From: an archaeon
GTDB lineage: Archaea; Iainarchaeota; Iainarchaeia; Iainarchaeales; GCA-2688035
Direction: 5' to 3'
DNA: 28,090 nucleotides
NCBI GenBank assembly: GCA_035290965.1
Contig: DATDTD010000081.1
Span: forward strand, 1 to 28,090
A program made the position numbers and the translations under genes. The notes beneath the pieces were generated by a model, which was not told the DNA's origin, did not search any database, and was given only the letters and a program-made list of their open reading frames with translations. Numbering within the stretch: position 1 is the first letter of the stretch; each line of letters starts with the position of its first letter. Of this stretch, positions 17,876-26,332 are shown piece by piece.

Positions 17876-19108
17876 TCATCCGCTCAGGAGTATTCTTCCT
17901 TCGCTTAATTTGAATTTTTCCTTTGCTATTTCTTTTGTTTCCTTTGTCTTGGAATCCGCAAACGCAATAGTGTTTTTTGCCTTGTTTATTTTTTCCACTT
18001 TTCCCAGCCATTTCCCTTCCTTGCTGTAAACAGGCAGTCCTATGAGCAGCTTTGAGATTCTTTCCCTTATGTCCATTACTCTCAAGGCACGGAAAGAAAC
18101 AAGCAGTGCCACAAAGCATCCCAGCAGGGTAATCAAAAACCATGCAAGGTCAGCCTGCCTCAGGAAAACCAAAGTTGCGGAATCAATTATGAACCATATC
18201 AATATCGCGGAAATTCCCGTAAGCAGATATCTCCTCAGCAGATAAGCCTTTTTGAAATGTATGACATCAATCATTCTGCCTATTACAATGCTGAGCGCGG
18301 CAAGCACTACAAAAACATAGGTTGATTGTATTATTGAAACAGCATCAAGGATTGTGTCTGTAAACTGCGTTGAAGCAAAATTATTGTATGCTGTTATTGC
18401 TCCGAAAGCAAGAATGAAAAAAGAGCCTATGTAAAACGGAAAGCTTGCGCGCTGAACCGAAATGCTTGAAGTGATTCTCCGCACATTTGAAAGAATCATT
18501 TCTTCTATTCCAAATCCCTTCAGCAGAAGATAGATTCCGACTATTGCCATTAATCCCTGCAGAAACTGCGCCTGCGCACCGTAGAAAACAGTTAGCGCGT
18601 AAAAAATAAGAACAATCCCCGGCAATCCGAATGCAATCCTTGCAATGTAAGGGTCTTTCAAAGCCTCTTTTATTGTGAAAAAAGCAGATTCGAATTCCAT
18701 TGCCTGCTTAATGATTACTACTTCCTTTGAAATTATTTTTGCCCTGCTCTGCAGAATCGGAATTACCTGGTCGTCCTCTGCGCCATCAGTTACAAGCACA
18801 AACCCTTCCGCAGGAAATTTTTCAAGTATTGTATCCAGCTGTTCGTTAATTGTTTTGTCTGATTCAAAACCAGATTTTCCCACTCCCGTTAAAGTTGCGA
18901 TTTCAAGGTTTGCATAATGCGCCTTTAATTCGTCAAATTTTCTCACTGCCGCAAACATGCAGTTTGCATCAGCCTCTGAGGGATCTGCAAGCGCAAGCTT
19001 TGAGGCTGCCTTTAAATTATTCTCCCTTCCAATGACAGGCCCCTGGACAGTGGTTTTTCTGCCGAGATCATTGTCCCTGTCAACGCAAACAACCAGAACC
19101 TTGTCCAT
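17876..19108 (-). CDS. DUF373-family archaeal membrane protein.
   Basis: The N-terminus is MDKVLVVCVDRDNDLGRKTT..., which is the conserved DUF373 start as I recall it. A polytopic TM region and a soluble C-terminal domain follow. Confidence 0.65.
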   Translation of the reverse strand: MDKVLVVCVDRDNDLGRKTTVQGPVIGRENNLKAASKLALADPSEADANCMFAAVRKFDELKAHYANLEIATLTGVGKSGFESDKTINEQLDTILEKFPAEGFVLVTDGAEDDQVIPILQSRAKIISKEVVIIKQAMEFESAFFTIKEALKDPYIARIAFGLPGIVLIFYALTVFYGAQAQFLQGLMAIVGIYLLLKGFGIEEMILSNVRRITSSISVQRASFPFYIGSFFILAFGAITAYNNFASTQFTDTILDAVSIIQSTYVFVVLAALSIVIGRMIDVIHFKKAYLLRRYLLTGISAILIWFIIDSATLVFLRQADLAWFLITLLGCFVALLVSFRALRVMDIRERISKLLIGLPVYSKEGKWLGKVEKINKAKNTIAFADSKTKETKEIAKEKFKLSEGRILLSG

Positions 19109-19301
19109 TCAAAACCCTCTTATATAATTAAAATTGTGCAATTAACTATTTATTACTTAACAAAGGCAAAAATGCGCCAAAAAAAGGCTTTTTTGCGCAA
19201 ATCTTTTCCTGCCCTGCAAAAGAAGCAAAAGCATACAATGTCCCGTTATTCAGTTAATTATAAATAGTTTTTCCTTTAACAATTTATGTATACTTTTAGG
19301 T

Positions 19302-20261
19302 GTGCTTATGAAGCGTTTTTCAGCTGTTGAATCCCACAAAATCAAGCAGGGAATTTTCCTTGTATTGTTTTTCCTCATAATTTCAGTCATCTATCTTGCG
19401 TTTACACAGGCATTTGTTTTTTCATTGCTGCTTCTCGGGGTTACTCTTGCATTTGTTGTGGGCTTTATTATCTGGCGCTATGATTTTCTCCTGACTTTGA
19501 AGGAATACGAGCGCGCAGTAGTCTACCGCTTTGGAAAAGTCAACAGAGTGGGAGGCCCTGGATGGGCTTTTTTGTTCCCGCTTTTCGAATCATTCAAGAT
19601 TGTTGATTTGAGAACGCATACAATAGACATTCCGCCCCAGCAGATAATCACTGCTGACAAAATCGTCCTTACAATTGATGCGATTGTTTATCTCTATGTA
19701 AAGCCGGACACGCAGTCTGTAATAAACAGCGTAATTGAAGTAAAGGACTATGAAAAGGCTTCCGAGGAATTTGTAAAATCAACAGTGAGGGATGTTGCGG
19801 GCAGCCTCACTCTCACAGAGCTCATTACAAACATAGGCGAATTCAACCTGAAGGTTCTGCACGAAATTGAAAAAATTGCGCAGTCCTGGGGAGTTACAGT
19901 AGAGGCAGTCCAGATTTCAACAATTACTATTCCAAAGGAACTTGAAGAGGCACTGACAAGGCAGAAGGCTGCAGAACAGCAGAAGCTTTCAAGAGGGCAG
20001 CTTGCCGAAGCCCACAAGCTTGAAATAGAGGCAGTGAGAAGCGCTGCAGAGAATCTTTCGGACAAGGCACTTGCATATTATTACATCCGCGCGCTTGAAA
20101 AGCTAGGGGAAGGAAAAAGCACAAAATTCTTTTTCCCCCTGGAACTTACAAAGCTTGCTGAAGCAGTCACCGGCTCTTTAGGAAAAGGGCAGAATCCCAG
20201 CGCGCTTGAATCATTGTTCAAGAAATACGCTCCCGCACTGAAAAAAGCGCTTGAAAAATAA
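19302..20261 (+). CDS. SPFH/band-7 (stomatin/prohibitin-like) membrane protein.
   Basis: An N-terminal TM segment is followed by RAVVYRFGKVNRVGGPGWAFLFPLFESFKIVDLRTHTIDIPPQQIITADKIVLTIDAIVYLYV and a coiled-coil EA-rich tail. Confidence 0.85.
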   Translation: MLMKRFSAVESHKIKQGIFLVLFFLIISVIYLAFTQAFVFSLLLLGVTLAFVVGFIIWRYDFLLTLKEYERAVVYRFGKVNRVGGPGWAFLFPLFESFKIVDLRTHTIDIPPQQIITADKIVLTIDAIVYLYVKPDTQSVINSVIEVKDYEKASEEFVKSTVRDVAGSLTLTELITNIGEFNLKVLHEIEKIAQSWGVTVEAVQISTITIPKELEEALTRQKAAEQQKLSRGQLAEAHKLEIEAVRSAAENLSDKALAYYYIRALEKLGEGKSTKFFFPLELTKLAEAVTGSLGKGQNPSALESLFKKYAPALKKALEK

Positions 20262-20304
20262 TTCTTTTTATTAAAAAACAGGGAAAACAACGCTTATTTG
20301 CCAT

Positions 20305-20320
20305 AACAATATTTTAATAT
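20305..20320 (+). promoter_or_regulatory. TATA/BRE-like promoter element aacaatattttaatat, identical to the one at 24676..24691.
   Basis: The 16-nt motif lies about 30 nt upstream of a short ORF ATG at 20345 (MKKKTEINRLIKSANIPDDLRTLGSVFILKSSRNE). Confidence 0.4.
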
Positions 20321-20452
20321 TAGTTTCTGCATAACAATGATTTTATGAAAAAAAAGACAGAGATTAACAGGCTGATAAAATCAGCAAATATTCCGGATGA
20401 TTTAAGGACTCTTGGTTCTGTTTTTATTTTGAAAAGCTCTAGAAATGAATAG

Positions 20453-20941
20453 TCATTCGTTTTGTTCAATCTTTTTCAAGCCAAAATGATGCAAAGTAGC
20501 TTGGCTTATTCCAGAATCAATGCTGCAAAAGAACATGCAGCAAATGGATTTTGCAAACCCTATGTTTAAAGCGTCTTCAAAATGAATCCTGGTGTCATAC
20601 TCCATTATTTGGTGTGCAAACTTATCCGCGCCCATATCTATTGTTTCGATTTCAATGCGATACCCTTCTATTAACTCGTTTAATGTTTTCATGCCAAGTT
20701 CAGTATCGTATCTCTCATAAAATTTTTCTTCAAAATAATAAATGTTTCTGACTATTTCGCCTAATGTAAAATTTGACAAAATCCCGGTTTTGCCCCTGCC
20801 CCTGAACATTCCGAGAAAATCAAGCCACTCTTCTTTTCTGGGCTGGTTAAATAGTATCTCAAGAATGATAGTGGCGTCCAAGAAAAACAACTGTTCGTTT
20901 TTCTGCCGTTTCAAAATCTGGCAATATTTCTTCCATTTCAT
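20453..20941 (-). CDS. PIN-domain (VapC-like) ribonuclease.
   Basis: The acidic tetrad is in the expected positions: LFFLDATIIL, GEIV, DTRIHFEDALN and CSIDSG. Confidence 0.6.
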   Translation of the reverse strand: MKWKKYCQILKRQKNEQLFFLDATIILEILFNQPRKEEWLDFLGMFRGRGKTGILSNFTLGEIVRNIYYFEEKFYERYDTELGMKTLNELIEGYRIEIETIDMGADKFAHQIMEYDTRIHFEDALNIGFAKSICCMFFCSIDSGISQATLHHFGLKKIEQNE

Positions 20942-21008
20942 TTATTGAAAACTTGAATCCAAACTATTTAAACTTATTTTATTATTAGTCTATTGTCGAA
21001 GTGATGCC

Positions 21009-21344
21009 ATGAAAAGCAATAAGTCGTTGTTTTTGGAGTTTTTCGGTGATTACCCATTAATCAGGATTCTGGATTTTTTGCTTGAGAACAATTTGTTCGA
21101 TTACAGCAAAAAAGACATCTGCAGGAACGCGAATGTTTCCTGGAACACGCTTGAGACCTTTTGGGGTTCGCTTGAAAAAAAAGGCGTGGTTGTTTTCACG
21201 AGAAAAGTCGGCAAGGCCTCCCTGTTCAAGCTCAATGCAAAAAATCCCGTTGTTGCAAAACTCATTGAACTTGACAACTGGCTAATGAAAAAATCAATTG
21301 AAAAAATTTCTCCCGAAAAAGAAAAAATCAGGGCAGTTGCCTAA
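21009..21344 (+). CDS. Winged-HTH transcriptional regulator, 111 aa.
   Basis: YPLIRILDFLLEN...SKKDICRNANVSWNTLETFWGSLEKKGVVVFTRKVGKASLFKLN is a wHTH with a beta-hairpin wing. It is divergent from the PIN gene. Confidence 0.5.
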   Translation: MKSNKSLFLEFFGDYPLIRILDFLLENNLFDYSKKDICRNANVSWNTLETFWGSLEKKGVVVFTRKVGKASLFKLNAKNPVVAKLIELDNWLMKKSIEKISPEKEKIRAVA

Positions 21345-21353
21345 ACAGTTTCT

Positions 21354-22265
21354 TCAGAGCCCCGCGACTATTATCTGTGCTTCAATGAATGCGCCAATTG
21401 TAAGGCATGCGAGCGCTATTATTATCAGTATTATTGCGTCCTGCAGAATTGTCTTCATTTCATGCTTGTAATAATGCCTTTTTGTCGCGGCAATTCCTAT
21501 TATTGCGCCCGCAATCGCGGCAATGAAATATGCGCTTGCCTCAAAAATTCCGTGGGGAAGCAATCCCAATGCATTGTACATTCCGTTTGAAAAAGCGAGT
21601 ATTCCGTTGAAAAAACCGAACTGCGTATAATTTGCCGCAAGCGAAATAACGTCCTTTCCGATTACAACGCCTATTATGGAAGCGTTCCATGCAATCAAAA
21701 AAATTGCCCCCGCCCCGAACAGCAGCGAAAGAACTATTGCAAGGAACAGCACCATTGCATTGTTTGAAAGAATAACCCCGAACCAGCAGAGCGAGTCTTT
21801 TCCGCAGGCCGCGGATGCATTGAACATTCCAGTAAGCGAGCTTTTTGTTTCGCTTATTGACTGGAAAGCGCTTTCCTGCGCGGAAAAAATCTCTCCCTTC
21901 ATGCCGACAGGAAGCACTGTGTACCAGAAAGCATAGCTTACTATTAATCCTATGAAAATCCAGGCATATGCCTGCAGGATATTGGAGTGCCTTGTGAGAA
22001 AGCTTGCCGCAAATCCGGGATGTTTTGCCTCTATTTTTTCCTCGTGCTTCAGAAGATTTTCCATTATGGGGATGAGCGCGATTGTAAAAAACGCAATGCT
22101 CAGCATGCTTGCGCTTTCCGGAAAAGCAAGATGCGCTATCCAGATTGCAATGCTGCTCAAAACCATTGCGTGCATCATCAAAAGCAGGGGATGCCTGTGC
22201 GCTGATTTTGCGCTTAACAGAGTTTCAAGTACCATTTCTTGCGCCTTCAGGAGATTTGATTGCAC
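21354..22265 (-). CDS. SpoIIM/DUF95-family polytopic membrane protein.
   Basis: It has multiple TM helices and the LLPHGIFEASAYFIAAIAG motif characteristic of the family. Confidence 0.6.
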   Translation of the reverse strand: MQSNLLKAQEMVLETLLSAKSAHRHPLLLMMHAMVLSSIAIWIAHLAFPESASMLSIAFFTIALIPIMENLLKHEEKIEAKHPGFAASFLTRHSNILQAYAWIFIGLIVSYAFWYTVLPVGMKGEIFSAQESAFQSISETKSSLTGMFNASAACGKDSLCWFGVILSNNAMVLFLAIVLSLLFGAGAIFLIAWNASIIGVVIGKDVISLAANYTQFGFFNGILAFSNGMYNALGLLPHGIFEASAYFIAAIAGAIIGIAATKRHYYKHEMKTILQDAIILIIIALACLTIGAFIEAQIIVAGL

Positions 22266-22371
22266 ACCTTTTGTTTAAATACCTTTGCAATTGAAAAATA
22301 TTATATTAGGATAATTTAACAAGTATAAAAATAAGGCGCTTTTTTTAAATTGTTTTTTCGAGGTTTTCTAT

Positions 22372-22935
22372 ATGAAGATTTTTTTGCCGGGAGACTTTCT
22401 CGCCACTGAAGAGGAATTTTCAACGGGAGAAAACACTTTCGAGGAAAACGGAAGCATTCTTGCAGATTCGCAGGGAACTCTCCTTGAAGACAAGTCAATG
22501 AAGACTGTCTCGATTGCAAAAACAAAAAAAATAACCCCTTTGAAAATCGGCAGCATTATTATCGGGATTGTTTCCTTTGTCAAAACAAATTCTGTTTCAA
22601 TCGAAATCTCCCCCATGAAAAAAGGGGCTGAAAGGCAGATGGTCGGAGGCTCCTATGCAATGCTTCCCGTGCGCAACGTGGCAGAAGGATATGTGAAGGA
22701 TTTGCACGCTGAATTCAAAATCGGGGACATTATAAAGGCAAAGATTTCCGAGTTAAAGCCCTGGGGAACAGACCTGCGCACAAACGACAGGAATCTCGGT
22801 GTGATAAAGGCTTTCTGCGGGCACTGCAGGCATCCATTGATGCTCTTCGGAAACTCGCTGAAATGCACAGAGTGCGGCAGCACTGAAACAAGAAAATTAT
22901 CTGATGACTACGGAAAAGCCGAAGGCTTCGAATAA
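22372..22935 (+). CDS. csl4: Exosome complex RNA-binding subunit Csl4 (N-terminal domain, S1 domain, Zn ribbon).
   Basis: The S1-like core is IGDIIKAKISELKPWGTDL. The C-terminal ribbon is CGHCRHPL...CTECGS. GAGGT lies 9 nt upstream of the start. Confidence 0.75.
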   Translation: MKIFLPGDFLATEEEFSTGENTFEENGSILADSQGTLLEDKSMKTVSIAKTKKITPLKIGSIIIGIVSFVKTNSVSIEISPMKKGAERQMVGGSYAMLPVRNVAEGYVKDLHAEFKIGDIIKAKISELKPWGTDLRTNDRNLGVIKAFCGHCRHPLMLFGNSLKCTECGSTETRKLSDDYGKAEGFE

Positions 22936-22946
22936 ACTTTTTTGAG

Positions 22947-23231
22947 GTGTTTTTTTTGGAAATAACTGTTCTGGAAAGCAAAAAGGATTCTTTGGAATTT
23001 GTCCTGAAAGGGGAAAGGCATACTTTCACTAATCTCCTGCGCGAGGCATTATTGCAGGACCCAAAAGTAGAGTTTGCGGCATACACTCTGAACCATCCCC
23101 TTGACAAGGATGCAAAATTCATTGTGAAAACAGACGGCAAAACAGCAGTGAAGGCTCTTTCCGATGCATTGAAACTGATTGATTCAAACCTTGAAGAGTT
23201 CGAGGAAGCAGTAAAAAAATCCTTCAAGTAA
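22947..23231 (+). CDS. rpoL: DNA-directed RNA polymerase subunit L (Rpo11, Rpb11 homologue).
   Basis: EITVLESKKDSLEFVLKGERHTFTNLLREALLQDPKVEFAAYTLNHPLDKDAKFIVKTDG is the canonical RpoL motif. A GTG/TTG start lies 12 nt after the csl4 stop. Confidence 0.75.
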   Translation: MFFLEITVLESKKDSLEFVLKGERHTFTNLLREALLQDPKVEFAAYTLNHPLDKDAKFIVKTDGKTAVKALSDALKLIDSNLEEFEEAVKKSFK

Positions 23232-23256
23232 ATAACTGCCGAAAGGCGCATGCATA

Positions 23257-23817
23257 ATGAAACAATTCTGCAGAGTAATCGGCATTGACGACGGTTTTTT
23301 CAAGCCCGGGACAAAAACAAAAACCCTCCTTGTGGGAGTAATCTACCGCCTCGGGCATACTGTGGAAGGAATTGTAAGCTCCGAAATAAAAGTCGATTCT
23401 TTTGATTCAACAAAGCAGATTGCTTCAATGCTGAACAAAAAAAAGTTTTCTTCCCAAATCTCATTCATAATTTTGAGCGGAGTGAATTTTGCGGGCTTCA
23501 ACATTGTTGACATTGAAAAACTTTTTGAAAAAACAAAGCTCCCTGTAATTGTTGTTTTTCGGAAAAAACCGCGCTTTGAAAAAATCAAAAACGCGCTGAA
23601 AAAAATTCCGCACTTCAAAAAGCGCTGGGCTCTGATTGAAAAAGCGGGAAGGGTTTTTTCATTCAGGAAAATTTTTTTCCAGTTTTACGGCTGTTCGGAA
23701 CAGGAGGCAAAAGCAGTCCTGCGCAAAACGCTTCTGCACAGCAATCTTCCCGAACCTATAAGGCTTGCGCATCTGATTGCTTCGGGAATAACAATAGGGG
23801 AAAGCACGCGCCCATGA
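23257..23817 (+). CDS. DUF99/UPF0215 family protein (EndoV-like fold).
   Basis: The N-terminus MKQFCRVIGIDDGFFKPGTKTKTLLVGVIYRLGHTVEGIVSSEIKVDSFDST matches the family signature. Confidence 0.65.
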   Translation: MKQFCRVIGIDDGFFKPGTKTKTLLVGVIYRLGHTVEGIVSSEIKVDSFDSTKQIASMLNKKKFSSQISFIILSGVNFAGFNIVDIEKLFEKTKLPVIVVFRKKPRFEKIKNALKKIPHFKKRWALIEKAGRVFSFRKIFFQFYGCSEQEAKAVLRKTLLHSNLPEPIRLAHLIASGITIGESTRP

Positions 23818-23889
23818 TTTTTCTCCTGCATTGCTTTTAATTACTGAACTGTGCTAATTTATAAAAATAAAAACAGAAAGTGAAATAAC

Positions 23890-24648
23890 ATGGCTTTGAA
23901 AGAACTGCGCGAAAAACTCAAATGGCTTGACCCCTTCACTTACGTTGACCTTTATTTGATGCCAAGAATCAATCCCTCAAAAAATGAATATGTTTCAATC
24001 GCTGTTTACCTTGTTTCTGCCTTTGTTTTCGCATGGCTGATTTACACTGCTTTGGGTTTTGCATTCGGAACAGGCTCTCCAATGGTTATTGTAATGAGCG
24101 GAAGCATGGAGCCGCTATACCACCGTGGAGACGTAATTGTTTTGTTCGGAACAGGGCGCACTGGGGTAAATGCTCCGGAAATCAGCCTGGATGTTCCCTC
24201 GCTGAAGGGAGTTTCATTTTCGCAAATAGGGGAGACAATTCCAGGCACCGCGACTTTTGAAAACCCCATTCAGGCAATAAAATTCGGCAACGGCACTGAG
24301 ATTCCAATCCAGAAAAACGGGAGCATTGTTGTTTATTATTCTTCGCTGACGCAGCAGCCCATTATTCACAGGGCAGTCGCAAAAATTCACGTTTCCGATG
24401 GAGATTATCTTCTGACAAAGGGAGATTCAATCTACAATCCCACAATTGACCAGGACTGCGGAAGAATCTCTTCTCTCGGAACTGAAAAGCCGTGCATTAC
24501 TCTTTATCCTGTTCCAGTAAAACAGGTTCAGGGAATCTCTGTTTTCCAGATTCCTTTTGTGGGCTGCTTCAAGCTCTGGATTTTTGACGACTTGGCAGGT
24601 TTGATTGGAAGCGGAAAGCTTCCGGCTGACTTCAAAGGCGTTTGCTGA
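23890..24648 (+). CDS. Signal peptidase I, archaeal/eukaryotic Sec11 type (S26B), with a C-terminal extension.
   Basis: A TM helix is followed by MVIVMSGSMEPLYHRGDVIVL, the SGSMEP catalytic Ser box. The start is leaderless, with the TATA element atttataaaaata about 25 nt upstream. Confidence 0.75.
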   Translation: MALKELREKLKWLDPFTYVDLYLMPRINPSKNEYVSIAVYLVSAFVFAWLIYTALGFAFGTGSPMVIVMSGSMEPLYHRGDVIVLFGTGRTGVNAPEISLDVPSLKGVSFSQIGETIPGTATFENPIQAIKFGNGTEIPIQKNGSIVVYYSSLTQQPIIHRAVAKIHVSDGDYLLTKGDSIYNPTIDQDCGRISSLGTEKPCITLYPVPVKQVQGISVFQIPFVGCFKLWIFDDLAGLIGSGKLPADFKGVC

Positions 24649-24665
24649 AGCAACCTTTTTTAAAG

Positions 24666-24705
24666 GATTAACCAAAACAATATTTTAATATAATATTGGT
24701 TAATC
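24666..24705. promoter_or_regulatory. Perfect 10-bp inverted repeat (GATTAACCAA / TTGGTTAATC) bracketing the TATA box of the AbiE-like operon; putative operator.
   Basis: The arms are 24666..24675 and 24696..24705. The 20-nt spacer contains ttttaatat. The ATG is at 24715. Confidence 0.5.
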
Positions 24706-24714
24706 ATATATTTT

Positions 24715-25362
24715 ATGCGAATCCCATTAAAAAATATTTTAAAGCGCCAAGCCCAAGTCAGGTTGGCAGAGCTGCAAGACGAAGCAGTTGATTTAGTTTA
24801 TGCTGTTTTTCCCGATGCGGTTTTGCACGGCGGAACAGCAATCTGGCGCTGCTTTCAGGGAAACAGGTTTTCCGAAGACCTTGACTTTTATGCGCTTGTC
24901 GGAAAAGACTTTAAGCCGAAACTGGAAGCCGAACTAAAAAAACGCGGATTGTTTCTTGTTAAATTCAAGCAAACAGAGAACGCGGTTTTTGCAAAAATTT
25001 CTAATAGCCAGGCTGAAGTTTCCTTGGAAATTTCCGTTAGAAAAAGCCCCGAAAAGGTTTCAGCGGGCTTTGAAAAAACAGACGGTTCTTTCATTGAAAT
25101 TTTTTCGTTGTCCCCTGAAATCTTTATTGTTGAAAAGGCAAATGCTTATCAAAACAGGCGGCTGGTTCGGGACTTGTATGATGTTTATTTTTTGCTCGGA
25201 AAAACCCGCGAGGCTAAAAAATTTGAAAAGGAACTGGAGAAGCTTGTTAAAAATTTTAAGCCGCCATTGGATGAAAAAAACCTGAAAACGCTTGTTTTTT
25301 CCGGAATAGCGCCTTCAAGCAAAGTTATGCTTGAAAAAATCCGGCAAAGGTCGTCTTTATGA
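24715..25362 (+). CDS. AbiEii/DUF1814-type nucleotidyltransferase (abortive-infection/TA toxin family), short form.
   Basis: AVLHGGTAIWRCFQGNRFSEDLDFY is the GGTAL...R.S.D(I/L)DF NTase signature. Confidence 0.6.
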   Translation: MRIPLKNILKRQAQVRLAELQDEAVDLVYAVFPDAVLHGGTAIWRCFQGNRFSEDLDFYALVGKDFKPKLEAELKKRGLFLVKFKQTENAVFAKISNSQAEVSLEISVRKSPEKVSAGFEKTDGSFIEIFSLSPEIFIVEKANAYQNRRLVRDLYDVYFLLGKTREAKKFEKELEKLVKNFKPPLDEKNLKTLVFSGIAPSSKVMLEKIRQRSSL

Positions 25363-25934
25363 AGTATGCAAAGGAATTCCGCGAACGTTTTTCGAAAAAA
25401 AATGTTTTTTCCGTCAGGGATGTAAGAAACCGTTTTGCTTCAAAAAAAATCAGCCCGGATTATGCCGGTGTTTTGTTGAATCTTTTTTTTAAGCGAAAAG
25501 AAATCCACAGGATTGCCAAGGGTTTTTACTCTTTCAAAACCGATCCGAATGTTGTTGCTTTTGCAGTTCAGCCTTCGTATTTTGGCCTGCAGGATGCCCT
25601 TTCTTTCCACGGTTTGTGGCAGCAGCAGACAATCCCTGTTTTGATTACCCCGAGAAAAGTCCGAAGCGGCTTTAGAAAGGTTTTGGAAACAAGGGTTTTA
25701 ATCAGGAGAATTGGCAGAAAACAGTTTTTCGGCTTTCAAATGCTGAAATATTCTGATTTTTGGGTCCCGGTTTCCGACATTGAAAAGACTTTGGTTGATT
25801 TTTTTTATTTTAACGAGCCTCTGGAAAAAAAAATCCTGCAAAAAATTTTGAAAAAAACCAACCGCAAAAAGCTTTTGCAATACTTAAAAAAAACCCCGAA
25901 AAAAACCAGAAAAAAAATCGAAGAGTTGTTGTAA
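25359..25934 (+). CDS. AbiEi-like antitoxin/transcriptional regulator (N-terminal wHTH) with a Lys-rich tail.
   Basis: FSVRDVRNRF...SPDYAGVLLNLFFKRKEIHRIAKGFYSF resembles the AbiEi N-terminal domain. The start overlaps the upstream NTase stop (ATGA). Confidence 0.45.
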   Translation: MKYAKEFRERFSKKNVFSVRDVRNRFASKKISPDYAGVLLNLFFKRKEIHRIAKGFYSFKTDPNVVAFAVQPSYFGLQDALSFHGLWQQQTIPVLITPRKVRSGFRKVLETRVLIRRIGRKQFFGFQMLKYSDFWVPVSDIEKTLVDFFYFNEPLEKKILQKILKKTNRKKLLQYLKKTPKKTRKKIEELL

Positions 25935-26012
25935 ACAGTTTTTCCGGAACACGGTTTTTGCAGGCGCATGCGATTGGAATAAATACTGTTTTTCGCGTGT
26001 TATTTAATTGGC

Positions 26013-26243
26013 GTGGCAATGGAACTCGAAGAAGAACAATCCTTGAAAAAGGAAGAAACCGTAAGCGTTTCTTTGAATCGTTTTTCTTCCGGAATGTCTT
26101 ACCGCTTAACAATCGAGGATGCCGAAAATTTTTCTGATGCTATTGAAAAAATTCTGGCGGCAAGAAAGAAGCTTGTCGAAGAACTCGAAAAATCCGGGGA
26201 AAAAATCATTTCAGAAACAAAACAGTTTTCAAGAAACTATTGA
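26013..26243 (+). CDS. Hypothetical small acidic protein, 76 aa.
   Basis: It has ATG plus a second ATG, lies between the AbiE-like pair and pcn, and has a coiled-coil-like EELEK-rich C-terminus. No family recognised. Confidence 0.3.
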   Translation: MAMELEEEQSLKKEETVSVSLNRFSSGMSYRLTIEDAENFSDAIEKILAARKKLVEELEKSGEKIISETKQFSRNY

Positions 26244-26332
26244 AATCCGTGGTTCTTGCGAAAACAATTAAAAATCTAACCCAGTGGAATAATCATAGTA
26301 ATTGAAACAATTGTTTTTTTTTTGTGATTTTT

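Noticed and set aside
25780-25934. Long A-runs suggestive of a simple repeat.
   Set aside because: They encode the Lys-rich C-terminal tail (KKILQKILKKTNRKKLLQYLKKTPKKTRKK) of the AbiEi-like ORF in frame. This is a coding feature.
26290-26301. Perfect 12-nt palindrome AAACAATTGTTT upstream of pcn.
   Set aside because: It is short, AT-rich and single-copy. It is most likely a chance palindrome within the promoter region, though it could be an operator.
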